Source: Verrucomicrobiota bacterium (GTDB taxonomy: Bacteria; Verrucomicrobiota; Verrucomicrobiia; Limisphaerales; CANJXF01). From it: a DNA stretch of 64,000 bases. Location of the stretch: NCBI GenBank assembly GCA_038214755.1, contig JBBQRQ010000010.1, forward strand, positions 1-64,000. Reading direction: 5' to 3'. The translations under genes were made by a program, and so were the position numbers. Under the pieces are notes generated by a model. That model ran no database searches. It saw only the letters and a program-made list of their open reading frames with translations, and was not told the origin of the DNA. Shown piece after piece: positions 33,211 to 43,507 of the stretch. Within the stretch, counting starts at the first letter, position 1. Every line of letters begins with the position of its first letter.

Positions 33211-33753
33211 TCACGCCGCCAATTGTTTGTTCGTTTCTTCCGAGAGACGTTTCTGATCGTCCACGCTCAAAATTTTTCCAGTGACTTTGCTGGTGGTGTC
33301 CACGACCAATCGGCCTACTTCGCGTTTCAAGTCGGCCAACATCCGCGCATGTTCCGCCTCCGCCGCCTGTCTCGCTTTGTTGACGATGTCCGTGGCGGTC
33401 GCGATGGCTTTTTGCGTTTCAACTTCCTGAACACGCGCGGCCGCCGCGCGAGCTTCCTCGATCAATTTGTTGGCTTGCGCGTTGGCTTGACTCAAAACTT
33501 CCTGACGCGCCGCTTCGGTGCGCGTGAGTTCCGCTTTAATTTTTTCCGCGTTGGCCAGACCGGACGCAATTTCCACGCGCCGCGCTTCCAAAACATTTAA
33601 GACCTTTTTGTAGGCAAATTTGTAAAGCAACGCCGCGACGATGAGGAAGCTGATCACTTGCGCGATGAAATGATGAACGTTGAAACCAAACGTCCGCGAA
33701 ATTTCCTGAATCGGATTCTCCGTTGCCGCTGCGAATAAAATTAAATCGTGCAT
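33211..33753 (-). CDS. atpF: ATP synthase F0 b subunit
   Basis: FIAQVISFLIVAALLYKFAYK..LEARR followed by an Ala/Glu-rich coiled coil. Confidence 0.93.
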   Translation of the reverse strand: MHDLILFAAATENPIQEISRTFGFNVHHFIAQVISFLIVAALLYKFAYKKVLNVLEARRVEIASGLANAEKIKAELTRTEAARQEVLSQANAQANKLIEEARAAAARVQEVETQKAIATATDIVNKARQAAEAEHARMLADLKREVGRLVVDTTSKVTGKILSVDDQKRLSEETNKQLAA

Positions 33754-33763
33754 AAATTAAAAA

Positions 33764-33823
33764 GTTGAGAGTGGAGAGCGTGGGAGTTGAGAGTCTCTCA
33801 ACTCTCAACCCCTCAACTCTCAA
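33764..33823. repeat. GTTGAGA / TCTCAAC heptamer inverted element between atpE and atpF
   Basis: gttgagagtggagagcgtgggagttgagag-tctctcaactctcaacccctcaactctcaac. Confidence 0.8.
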
Positions 33824-33830
33824 CTATTTC

Positions 33831-34049
33831 TCACTGCCCTTTCGCGAGGTAAATCGCGAAGAAGACGATGCCTTCCGCGAAGGCCGTGCTCAGAATGGCT
33901 TGCACCAGAATCGGCGTCGCCGCGCCGGGGTTGCGTCCCACCGCTTCCGACGCTTTCATACCGATGAAACCCACGCCGATGGCCGCGCCGAGCGCCGCCA
34001 AACCGATGTGAATGTTTCCAGTCATTTCCGCCAACATTGGAGTTAACAT
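33831..34049 (-). CDS. atpE: ATP synthase F0 c subunit
   Basis: GLAALGAAIGVG...AVGRNP...AFAEG; 72 aa. Confidence 0.95.
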   Translation of the reverse strand: MLTPMLAEMTGNIHIGLAALGAAIGVGFIGMKASEAVGRNPGAATPILVQAILSTAFAEGIVFFAIYLAKGQ

Positions 34050-34120
34050 ATTTTTCCTTTCGTTTTTTCCCGACGGCTTCCGCGATTGAACACGGTCAAG
34101 CCGCCGAAATTTTTTAAATT

Positions 34121-35056
34121 TTAATGACGCGCTTCGCTGTGACTTTCATCGTGCTGCGTGATGAGCAACGTGAACACCGCCGTCAACAACATGAAGACCA
34201 GCGCCTGCACCAGACCGACCAGGATTTCCAAAAAGTAAAATGGAATGGGAATCAACCACGCCAGTTTGGGGACAAGGTTCGACATCGCTTCCAACATGCT
34301 TTCGCCGGCATAAACATTTCCGAACAGACGGAAGCTGAGCGAGACCGGGCGGAACAGAATTGAAACAACTTCAAGAATGCCCACGAGAAAAAATACGACG
34401 ACCATCAAAATTTTCAGCGCGCCGGTGGTATTTCCTTTCGCCCCGAAGATGTGCATGAAAACGCCGCCCACGCCGTTGGCTTGAAAGGCCCAAATAATCC
34501 AGCACGCGAAAAAAATAGTGGACATGGCGAAGGTCATGTTCAAATCCGCGTTCGCGCCGCGAAAAAATGGCTCTGTCAAATGAAAGTGACCCTCGGCATC
34601 TTTGACGCCCCAGCCAACCGTGCCCACGCCGGGAATCAAGCCGAACCAATTGCAGAACAGGATGAAAATAAAAATGGTCGCAAAAAACCAAAACGTTTTT
34701 TTCACGAGCGCGTGGCCGATGATGTTCTCCAAAAATTTGTAAAGGCTCTCGACGAGGAACTCCCAGAAATTTTGCGCGCCTTCGGGAATTCGTTTGATAT
34801 CGCGAGTGGCGTATTGAGCGAAACCAATCAGCGCCAGTGCCACGATCCAGGTCACGAGCATTGAATTGGTGATGGGAAAATTTCCAATGTGGCCAATTTC
34901 GACCGGCTTGAGCGGCAACCCGTGCTCGACTTCAGCCGTCGCGCTATGTTCGACCGCCGGAATATTTTCCGGGGAGGTTGGGACCCTTGGCGGTTCAACC
35001 GCGCAGGCCAAAGCGACGGCCATCAAAAAGAAAATTGCTGCAAAAATTGATCTCAT
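34121..35056 (-). CDS. atpB: ATP synthase F0 a subunit
   Basis: PITNSML, QNFWE, NWFGLIPG, RPVSLSFRLFGN, LVQALVFMLLT. Confidence 0.95.
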   Translation of the reverse strand: MRSIFAAIFFLMAVALACAVEPPRVPTSPENIPAVEHSATAEVEHGLPLKPVEIGHIGNFPITNSMLVTWIVALALIGFAQYATRDIKRIPEGAQNFWEFLVESLYKFLENIIGHALVKKTFWFFATIFIFILFCNWFGLIPGVGTVGWGVKDAEGHFHLTEPFFRGANADLNMTFAMSTIFFACWIIWAFQANGVGGVFMHIFGAKGNTTGALKILMVVVFFLVGILEVVSILFRPVSLSFRLFGNVYAGESMLEAMSNLVPKLAWLIPIPFYFLEILVGLVQALVFMLLTAVFTLLITQHDESHSEARH

Positions 35057-35167
35057 CACACTGGCAACTATTGGAAAACATCCCTTGGAATTCAGCCGCT
35101 TCGTCGGAAGCGCGGCGAAAATTGCATTAGCGTGAATTTTTTCACAAGGTTTTTTTCGGAGCAAGTG

Positions 35168-35249
35168 GTGGGGCAGCGCTTCCAGCCTGCCTTCAAAAAA
35201 TTTGTAAGGTCATGGAAAAGAAAGAGGCAGGCTGGAGGCACTGCCCCAC
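35168..35249. repeat. REP-like palindrome, family H (GTGG-type)
   Basis: gtggggcagcgcttccagcctgcc ... ggcaggctggaggcactgccccac; related copy at 37687-37804. Confidence 0.8.
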
Positions 35250-35625
35250 TGTTCTTTCAATCGAACGAGATTTCATTCGGCCATCGACCCCATTCTGCGA
35301 ACTCGATTTGGTAAATCCCGTCAGCAATCTGCGCAAGGGAATTGGTAGTGGTACAGTTTGAACTTCCAATCGTGCGACTTGCCCGATGCAAAAAAAACTT
35401 CACAGAATGTCTTGCTGGAATCGTTCACTTCGGTCCGAATCGATAACGTTCGGAAGCAACCCATGCAACGAAGATCCGGCCGTCGTCTGCTTCTGGCTAA
35501 CGATGGTTTCGCCATTGGCAAATCCCGCAAACGCACGGCAAACTGGGGCCACTCTCACAGATCGGTTCTTGGTTTTCTCGTCTGCTGTCAACACACCAGG
35601 CGGGCTGTGTGGTAGCTTCGACTTC

Positions 35626-35902
35626 ATGTTACCCAACGAAGACATTACGGAGACGCCGCCTGAAAAGGCGCACTGGTTTACCACTACGCATTGGAGTGTT
35701 GTGCTGGAAGCTCGCGGGAAAGAGTCGCCCGGTGCGGAGGCGGCTCTGGAACGACTGTGCAAAACCTACTGGTATCCGCTTTACGCTTTCGTGCGGCGGG
35801 AGGGATACGACGAAGAATCAGCGAAGGACTTCACGCAAGGATTCTTCGAGCAGCCCGGCTGAAATTGACGACGAGATGCGCTACTTGATTAGCGTTAGTT
35901 AG
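35626..35902 (+). pseudogene. ECF sigma factor remnant with large internal deletion
   Basis: WFTTTHWSVVLEA...ALERLCKTYWYPLYAFVRR.G...AKDFTQGFF (PVC-type ECF N-terminus) joined out of frame to a C-terminal-like PAEIDDEMRYLISV. Confidence 0.8.
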
Positions 35903-36134
35903 CACTGGCGCACCGATTTGGCAAACAATTCTCGGCCCGATCAGTGCCACAAATGTGTATCTGCCAATCGGGGTTCCGGCTTCGTTCTTCCGTATCCGCA
36001 GCCATTGAGCACTGCGCGTAGGCTCGTTGTCGTTGCTTTCCATCGGATGTTCCTGCACCGCATTTTCGTCGAGGTTCGCTAACGAAACTCGAAAACCGTA
36101 ACTTCTTGCAAAAAAATTTCGTCCAACCCAACGT

Positions 36135-37649
36135 ATGCTCAACCCTTTGCCCAAGTCGAAATGGAACTACTCGACCGCAGCGCATTTGATCAACCGCGCT
36201 GGATTTGGCGGGCCGCCCGCTGAAATTGAAAAACTGGTTGACCTCGGTCCGGACAAGGCCGTCGATTCGCTGGTCGATTACGAAAAAATTCCGGACGCAA
36301 CTCAAAATCCTGCTTGGGCCAAAGCAGATCCCAGTCGCGTCGATAAATTTCTTGCTTACAAAAAAATGGGCGAACGACCAAGCGCCGACATGACGCAAGA
36401 GCAACGTTCTGCCCTCGAACAAAAACGTCGCGAGATGATTAAGCAAGAGCAGCGCGAGCAGCAGCTTCACATTTTGGAATTGCGCGGCTGGTGGCTCGAA
36501 CGAATGGCTAAAGGCCCGCGACCGCTCCAGGAAAAATTGACTTTGTTTTGGCACGGCCACTTTGCGACGAGCGCGCAAAAAGTGAAGGACGCTTACTTCA
36601 TGTCGCTGCAAAATGACACTTTTCGCACGCTGGGTTCCGGCAATTGGCTGCAATTGCTTTACGCGGTTGCGAAAGATCCGGCGATGTTGTTCTGGCTCGA
36701 TCAGGCGCAGAGTCGAAAACAACATCCCAACGAAAATTTTGCCCGCGAAGTGATGGAGCTTTTTACTTTGGGCGAAGGTCATTACACCGAAAAAGATGTG
36801 ACCGAAGCGGCGCGCGCCATGACCGGCTGGACGCTAAATCGCCCGGATCAAAAATATGAATTTCGCGAGTTCATGCATGACGACGGCGAGAAAACAGTCC
36901 TGGGCAAAACCGGAAATTTCACAGGGCTGGATGTTTTAAAATCGATTGTTGAGCAACCGCAAGCCGCTCGATTCATCACGACGAAGTTGTGGAAGTTTTT
37001 TGCCAGCGACGATCCTTCAACGGAATTGGTCGAGGCGATGGCGTCGAATTTCCGAAGCAACGGAAATAATTTCAAACCGTTTCTGCGCGCGATGTTTCGT
37101 TGCGAAGAATTTTATTCCCACTCGGTGATTCGCACGCAGGTAAAAAGTCCGGTGCAATGGCTGGTCGGAAGCGTGCGCACGTTGGAACGCGATTTGCCCG
37201 CGCCATTGGTTTCCTCGCAGTTGCTCCGAAATCTCGGCCAGGAATTATTCATGCCGCCGAATGTGAAAGGCTGGGACGGCGGCCTCAGTTGGATCACCAC
37301 GAACAATCTTTTGAATCGCTACAACGAAGCCGCGATGCTGGTGCTGGCTGAAGGAAACATTGCGGGCGATTCTCCGAATAAAATGATGCGCCGCGTGGAA
37401 GAGTATGCGAACAACCTCGCTAAAAAAATGGCGGTCGTGGATGTGAGTAAAATTCTTTCTCCTGAAGAACGGAGCAGCAAAGAATTGCTGATTCCTGCTT
37501 TGGAAAAACGTTTTCTCCAAGCCAAACTCAAAGGCAAACAGGCGCAAGCCTTGCGTGATTTTCTCGATGGACGCGGCGAGCTGGACGACCAGGACATTCG
37601 TCACACAATTCGTCTCATCATGTCCACGCCGGAATATCAACTGACTTGA
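36135..37649 (+). CDS. DUF1800 family protein
   Basis: AAHLINRAGFG, LQEKLTLFWHGHFATS, PNENFAREVMELFTLG, PPNVKGW, STPEYQL. Confidence 0.92.
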   Translation: MLNPLPKSKWNYSTAAHLINRAGFGGPPAEIEKLVDLGPDKAVDSLVDYEKIPDATQNPAWAKADPSRVDKFLAYKKMGERPSADMTQEQRSALEQKRREMIKQEQREQQLHILELRGWWLERMAKGPRPLQEKLTLFWHGHFATSAQKVKDAYFMSLQNDTFRTLGSGNWLQLLYAVAKDPAMLFWLDQAQSRKQHPNENFAREVMELFTLGEGHYTEKDVTEAARAMTGWTLNRPDQKYEFREFMHDDGEKTVLGKTGNFTGLDVLKSIVEQPQAARFITTKLWKFFASDDPSTELVEAMASNFRSNGNNFKPFLRAMFRCEEFYSHSVIRTQVKSPVQWLVGSVRTLERDLPAPLVSSQLLRNLGQELFMPPNVKGWDGGLSWITTNNLLNRYNEAAMLVLAEGNIAGDSPNKMMRRVEEYANNLAKKMAVVDVSKILSPEERSSKELLIPALEKRFLQAKLKGKQAQALRDFLDGRGELDDQDIRHTIRLIMSTPEYQLT

Positions 37650-37686
37650 TTTATGCGCAGTCCAACGGCATCAAACGAAAAACCTA

Positions 37687-37804
37687 GTGGGGCAGGCTTC
37701 CAGCCTGCCATGGCGGGCATCTTGCCCGCGTTTACGGCTTCACGGGCTGGAAGCCCGCTTGGCAGACAGGATGTCTGCCCCACTAACCAAGATGTCTGCC
37801 CCAC
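37687..37804. repeat. REP-like palindrome, family H
   Basis: gtggggcaggcttccagcctgcc ... ggcagacaggatgtctgccccac with duplicated right tip. Confidence 0.78.
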
Positions 37805-37838
37805 TATTTAGCCAAATCGAAATGCAGTTTCTGAATTT

Positions 37839-39182
37839 ATGAAAAACGAAATCACTTTGAAGACGCGCCGCGAATTTTTACGCAGCACCATGCTGGGCAG
37901 CGCCATGGCGTGGACGGTCCCGACTTTTCTGGCAAACACTTTTTCGGCTTTGCACGCTGAGGCGGCGGATTCCGCCACGCAAATCGCGACGGGAAAAGAC
38001 GGAACGATTCTTGTCGTGTTGCAAATGGCGGGAGGCAATGACGGATTGAACACCGTCGTTCCGTTCGGCGACGATCATTATAAAAAGGGGCGGCGCTCGC
38101 TGGCTTTGTCAGCAAATAAAGTTTTGAAGTTGAACGATTCGATCGGCCTTCATCCGGGACTGGAAGGATTCAAAAATCTTTACGACGCGGGCAGCCTCGG
38201 AGTCGTGCAAGGCATCGGTTATCCCAATCCCAACCGTTCGCATTTTCGCTCCACAGAGATTTGGCAGACGGCGAGTGATTCCGAAAGATTTGAGAAATAC
38301 GGCTGGATTGGCCGTTATTTCGACAACGCTTGCGCTGGCGCAGACCCGACAGTGGGCGTGAATGTCGGCCGACAAATGCCCCAGGCTTTCGCCGCAAAAA
38401 AACCGATGGGCATCAGTCTCGATAATCCGCAGAACTACCGTTTTGTCAGCGGAGAAAAAGCTAAGCGCGGCGAAATGGATGCGTCCGAAAAATCGTATCG
38501 CGAACTGAACCACGTCGAGGAAGAGATGGACACCGTTTCCGATTCCAATTCTGGCGGGAGCATCGGCGCGGTCGCGGGTCACACGCCCCATCGTGGATCG
38601 CCGCTCGATTTTATCGAACGCACCGCGATGGATGCGCAAATCAGTTCCGACAAAATTTTGGCCATCAGCAAAAAAGTTGAGAACAAAGCGACCTATCCGG
38701 GTTCGCAACTCGGCACCTCGTTGAAACTGGTTTCGCGTTTGATCGGTGGTGGTTTGAGCACGCGAATTTTTTACGTGTCGCAAGGCGGCTACGACACCCA
38801 CACCAATCAAGCGGGCGCGCATGAGCGTTTGCTGCGCGACCTCGGCGATTCCGTGAAAGCATTTACCGACGACTTGAAAGCGCAGGGAAATTTTCAACGC
38901 GTTCTGGTGATGACGTTCAGCGAATTTGGTCGGCGTGTTTCTGAAAATGCCAATGGCGGCACTGATCACGGCGCGGCGGCTCCGATGTTTGTCATCGGAA
39001 ATAAAATCAAAGCCGGCTTGCTTGGAAAATATCCGAGTCTGGCGCCAGAGGACTTGAAGAATGGCGATTTAAAATACACCGTCGATTTCCGCACGGTTTA
39101 CGCCGGAGTTCTCGAAGGCTGGTTGAAAACGAAAAGCGAACCAGTCCTCGGAAAAAAATTCACGCCACTGGAAGTTGTTTAA
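37839..39182 (+). CDS. DUF1501 family protein with Tat-like signal
   Basis: TRREFL, LVVLQMAGGNDGLN, PNRSHF, GGYDTH, SEFGRR..EN..GGTDHG; follows DUF1800. Confidence 0.92.
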   Translation: MKNEITLKTRREFLRSTMLGSAMAWTVPTFLANTFSALHAEAADSATQIATGKDGTILVVLQMAGGNDGLNTVVPFGDDHYKKGRRSLALSANKVLKLNDSIGLHPGLEGFKNLYDAGSLGVVQGIGYPNPNRSHFRSTEIWQTASDSERFEKYGWIGRYFDNACAGADPTVGVNVGRQMPQAFAAKKPMGISLDNPQNYRFVSGEKAKRGEMDASEKSYRELNHVEEEMDTVSDSNSGGSIGAVAGHTPHRGSPLDFIERTAMDAQISSDKILAISKKVENKATYPGSQLGTSLKLVSRLIGGGLSTRIFYVSQGGYDTHTNQAGAHERLLRDLGDSVKAFTDDLKAQGNFQRVLVMTFSEFGRRVSENANGGTDHGAAAPMFVIGNKIKAGLLGKYPSLAPEDLKNGDLKYTVDFRTVYAGVLEGWLKTKSEPVLGKKFTPLEVV

Positions 39183-39185
39183 GAT

Positions 39186-39276
39186 AAAGGAGCGCGGACG
39201 TTCTCGTTCCAAAGTTCATCGAAGATCCGACACGGCAAATTTCTTAACTCGCGGACGAGAACGTCCGCGCTCCTTT
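39186..39276. repeat. REP-like palindrome, family F
   Basis: aaaggagcgcggacgttctcg ... cgagaacgtccgcgctccttt. Confidence 0.85.
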
Positions 39277-39310
39277 CCTTCTTTTCTAATTCAATGCCGC
39301 TTGCCTAAGT

Positions 39311-40687
39311 TTGTCGGTGAGCACTTGGGTCAACAAGGTTGAACAAAGCATTCGGGACAAAAAACTTTTGTGCCCCGGTGAATCTGTCCTGGTTGCCGTG
39401 TCCGGCGGGGTTGATTCGATGGCGCTCCTTTATTTGCTCCACGAACTTTCGCACACCCATCGTTGGCAAATCACAGTCGCCCATTTCAACCACCAACTTC
39501 GCAGGCGCAGCAGCGATGCGGATGAGCATCTCGTGAAAAAGACTGCCGCTGATTTAAAAATAAAATTTATCTGCGGGCGCGGGAACGTAAAACAATTCGC
39601 AAAAACGAATCGGCTCTCCATTGAAATGGCCGCGCGAAAACTTCGTCATGAATTTCTGGCTCACACCGCAAAAAAACTTCGGATCAAAACCATCGCGCTC
39701 GCTCATCACGCCGACGATCAGGTGGAACTTTTTTTCCTGCGACTGTTTCGCGGCGCGGGCACGGAGGGTTTGGCCGGAATGAATTGGAAATCTTTTTCTC
39801 CGGCTGATTCGGCGATTGAACTGGTTCGTCCGCTGCTCGATCAACCGAAAGAAATTTTGCGCGAATACGCCAGGGAAAAACCGATTCGCTTTCGCGAAGA
39901 TGCCAGCAACGAGTCTCTTGATTTTCAGCGGAATCGGATTCGCCATGAGTTGATTCCGTTGCTGAAGAAAAATTATCAACCCGCATTGGAGCGAACAGTT
40001 TTTCGCGCCATGGAAATTCTTGGAGGCGAATATCGCCTGGCCCTGGTGGCCGCGCTTGACTGGCTCGCCAAAAAAAGAAAACCGAATTTTTCCAAGCTGC
40101 CGATTGCCGTGCAACGAGGTTGTCTGCGGCTGCAACTTTTGGCGCAAAAACTTTCCGCGGATTTTGATTTAGTTGAAGCGTTGCGCGTGAAGCCCGGCGA
40201 ACTTTTCACCGTGAGCCGAGGCTGTTCCGTTTTTCGCGACACTGGCGGGATGGTCATTCCGAAAATGTTGAAGGCGAAAAAATTTCCGCCGGAACCAAAA
40301 GTCAAACCGCTCAACTTGTCCGACGAAAAAGGCGAAACCAGTTTTGACGGTTTGAAAATCCAATGGTCTGTTTTTCCAAAACGCGGCGACCGGATTCGAG
40401 CAAAAACAAATTGCGAAGTTTTTGACGCGGAAAAAATTGGAACGACGATCTCACTGCGCCACTGGAAACCGGGCGATCGGTTTCAACCGATTGGAATGAA
40501 GAATCCGGTCAAGCTGCAAAATCTTTTTACCAACTTGAAAATTCCGCGAGACGAACGTCATCGACGAGTTGTTGCTCTCACTGGAGATGGAGAAATTTTT
40601 TGGGTGGAAGGGCTGCGCATTTCAGAGCGGTTCAAGCTCGACCCGCGAAGTAAGCGCCGGTTGAAATGGACTTGGCAGCGTCGCTGA
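39311..40687 (+). CDS. tilS: tRNA(Ile)-lysidine synthetase
   Basis: VAVSGGVDS, AHFNHQLR, EMAARKLR, AHHADDQVE, RPLL, EDASN...RNRIR, C-terminal GDRFQP; precedes ftsH. Confidence 0.95.
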   Translation: MSVSTWVNKVEQSIRDKKLLCPGESVLVAVSGGVDSMALLYLLHELSHTHRWQITVAHFNHQLRRRSSDADEHLVKKTAADLKIKFICGRGNVKQFAKTNRLSIEMAARKLRHEFLAHTAKKLRIKTIALAHHADDQVELFFLRLFRGAGTEGLAGMNWKSFSPADSAIELVRPLLDQPKEILREYAREKPIRFREDASNESLDFQRNRIRHELIPLLKKNYQPALERTVFRAMEILGGEYRLALVAALDWLAKKRKPNFSKLPIAVQRGCLRLQLLAQKLSADFDLVEALRVKPGELFTVSRGCSVFRDTGGMVIPKMLKAKKFPPEPKVKPLNLSDEKGETSFDGLKIQWSVFPKRGDRIRAKTNCEVFDAEKIGTTISLRHWKPGDRFQPIGMKNPVKLQNLFTNLKIPRDERHRRVVALTGDGEIFWVEGLRISERFKLDPRSKRRLKWTWQRR

Positions 40688-40688
40688 C

Positions 40689-40890
40689 GGTGTGATTTAA
40701 CGGGCGGTCAGTTTGTAGCGCAGGATTGCATCCTGCCGTATCGCAGGTTTTCAACCTGCGTGATTCCGAAGAACGGGAGGTTATCGGGCACCAGAGACTT
40801 TCCGTGTGGGCGACGTTCAGCCGGTTTCAAACCGGCGATACGGCTGGATGCAATCCTGCGCTACGTTTGACCGCCACTTGAAATCACACC
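40689..40890. repeat. REP doublet, family A, with outer inverted arms
   Basis: Core GTAG...CTAC at 40715-40864; outer arms ggtgtgatttaacgggcggtca / tgaccgccacttgaaatcacacc. Confidence 0.9.
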
Positions 40891-40956
40891 CCGCTGAGTG
40901 TCGGTGGTTGCGTGGGGTATGGGCGCATGATAGTGTGAGCGCGAAAGTTTTGACCA

Positions 40957-42987
40957 ATGGCTGACGAAATTAAACCGGAGAAAAAAAACGAAAAAAAAAT
41001 GGGCGATTTTCGCCCGCGAACTTTGTTAATTTGGATTGCCATCATCGGAATCATCAGCGTCTTGATGATGCTCCAGCGTCGTTCGGAAATCAAACCACTG
41101 GAATTGTCCTATCTCGAACTTTCCCAAAAAATCACCAACAATCTCATTGTCCCTAAGACCGGGCAGATGGCCTACAACCCGCAGTCTCTTTTGCGCAAGG
41201 TCACGGGACGCTTTTATGAAACGGATTCGACCGGGGCACCGGTTTTGACCAATGGCAAAACCAACGAAATTGATTTCAAAACGGAAATTCCTTTCACCGA
41301 CGACATCACGTTGACCCTGCTCACCACGGGTAAATTCAAACCGGTCGAGCCAAACAACATCATGCTCAATGTGGTGATGACGGTCCTGCCATTTTTGTTG
41401 CTGGCCGGATTGATTTATTTCTTCCTCATTCGCCAGATCAAAATGGCCGGCAAAGGCGCGATGAGTTTCGGCAAGAGCAAAGCGCGGATGCTCAACAAAG
41501 AGAAAAATAAAATCACTTTCAAGGATGTCGCCGGCGTGGAGGAAGCGAAGGAAGAAGTTTCTGAGTTGGTCGAGTTTCTCAAAGACCCGAAAAAATTCCA
41601 GAAACTTGGCGGCCGAATTCCAAAGGGAATTTTGATGATTGGCGCGCCGGGCACGGGAAAAACTTTGCTGGCCAAAGCCATCGCGGGCGAGGCCGAAGCG
41701 GCGTTCTTCAGCATCAGCGGTTCGGACTTTGTGGAGATGTTCGTCGGCGTGGGCGCGAGTCGTGTGCGCGACATGTTCGAGCAGGCGCGCAAGAATACGC
41801 CGTGTTTGATTTTCATCGACGAAATTGACGCCGTCGGTCGCAGTCGCGGCCATGGTTGGGGCGGGGGAAATGACGAACGCGAACAAACTTTGAACGCGCT
41901 CCTGGTCGAGATGGATGGCTTCGATACGCAAGATGGAATTATTATTATCGCCGCGACAAATCGCGCGGACGTTTTGGATCCGGCGTTGTTGCGCCCCGGC
42001 CGTTTTGACCGGCAAATTATTGTGAACTTGCCCGACGTTCGCGGGCGCGAAGCTATTTTGAAAGTTCACGCGAAAAACGTGAAGCTCGATCCCTCCGCCG
42101 ATTTGTCCGTCACGGCGCGAGGCACGCCCGGTTTTTCCGGCGCGGACTTGGCGAATCTTTTGAACGAAGCGGCCTTGCTCGCAGCGCGCACTGGAAAAAA
42201 AGCCGTCACGCAAACTGAACTTGAAGAATCGCGCGTCAAAGTGCGATGGGGTCGCGAACGGCGCAGCATGGCAATGTCCGACCAAGACAAGAAATACACT
42301 GCCTGGCACGAAGCCGGTCACGCGCTCGTCAACGTCATGCTCAAGCACACGCATCCGCTGCACAAGGTGACGATTATTCCGCGCGGACTAGCCCTTGGCT
42401 CAACCATGTCATTGCCGAAGGACGATGTTTTAAATCATCGCCGCAAAGAGATGCTCGACATGATTGCGGTCACGATGGCGGGACGCATCGCTGAAGAAAT
42501 TGTTTCGGGAGATATTTCCACTGGCGCGAGCGGCGACATTCAGCAAGCCACGAATCTGGCGCGCTCCATGGTTTGCCAATGGGGCATGAGCGACAAACTC
42601 GGCATGGTTCAATACGGAAATGACAGCGAGCACGTTTACATGGGGCGCGACATGGTGCAGCGGCAGGATTACAGCGAAAACACCGCGCAAGAGATCGACG
42701 AGGAAGTGAAGCGAATCATCAGCGAAGGCTATCAAGTGGCCAAAGATTTAATCGATGGTAATCGCGATAAGCTTGAACTGATTGCCAACTCTCTGCTCGA
42801 ATACGAAACGCTCGATGGAACGCAGGTGCAGGAAATTATCGATACGGGAAAATTCACACCGCCACCGCCGACTCCGCAAGTTGAACCGCCGTCTGGTGCG
42901 CCTGCTGTCACGTCACTGCCAGAAGTTCCGAAACCACTCCCGCCGAAACTTCCAGGTCTTGGCGCACCCGCACCCGCTGCTGCTTAG
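40957..42987 (+). CDS. ftsH: ATP-dependent zinc metalloprotease FtsH
   Basis: Two TM helices, [31 protein letters not shown]. Confidence 0.98.
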   Translation: MADEIKPEKKNEKKMGDFRPRTLLIWIAIIGIISVLMMLQRRSEIKPLELSYLELSQKITNNLIVPKTGQMAYNPQSLLRKVTGRFYETDSTGAPVLTNGKTNEIDFKTEIPFTDDITLTLLTTGKFKPVEPNNIMLNVVMTVLPFLLLAGLIYFFLIRQIKMAGKGAMSFGKSKARMLNKEKNKITFKDVAGVEEAKEEVSELVEFLKDPKKFQKLGGRIPKGILMIGAPGTGKTLLAKAIAGEAEAAFFSISGSDFVEMFVGVGASRVRDMFEQARKNTPCLIFIDEIDAVGRSRGHGWGGGNDEREQTLNALLVEMDGFDTQDGIIIIAATNRADVLDPALLRPGRFDRQIIVNLPDVRGREAILKVHAKNVKLDPSADLSVTARGTPGFSGADLANLLNEAALLAARTGKKAVTQTELEESRVKVRWGRERRSMAMSDQDKKYTAWHEAGHALVNVMLKHTHPLHKVTIIPRGLALGSTMSLPKDDVLNHRRKEMLDMIAVTMAGRIAEEIVSGDISTGASGDIQQATNLARSMVCQWGMSDKLGMVQYGNDSEHVYMGRDMVQRQDYSENTAQEIDEEVKRIISEGYQVAKDLIDGNRDKLELIANSLLEYETLDGTQVQEIIDTGKFTPPPPTPQVEPPSGAPAVTSLPEVPKPLPPKLPGLGAPAPAAA

Positions 42988-43103
42988 GATTGTTTTCATT
43001 TCTCAAAAGTTTTTACTGGTGGCAGGCTGGCTTTTTTTTTGGCGAACCTCAGTTAAAAGGAGACGAAATTCGCCAGCCGCTTCAACGTGGAAAATGATTG
43101 GCT

Positions 43104-43472
<369 letters not shown>

Positions 43473-43507
43473 CTCAGGCTCTGATTTCACAACCTATTCC
43501 CTTTTAG

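Noticed and set aside
41026..42363. 445-aa antisense ORF (similar ones at 25049-26059, 57236-58327, 61014-61937)
   Set aside because: Shadow frames opposite well-conserved genes; no recognisable motifs.
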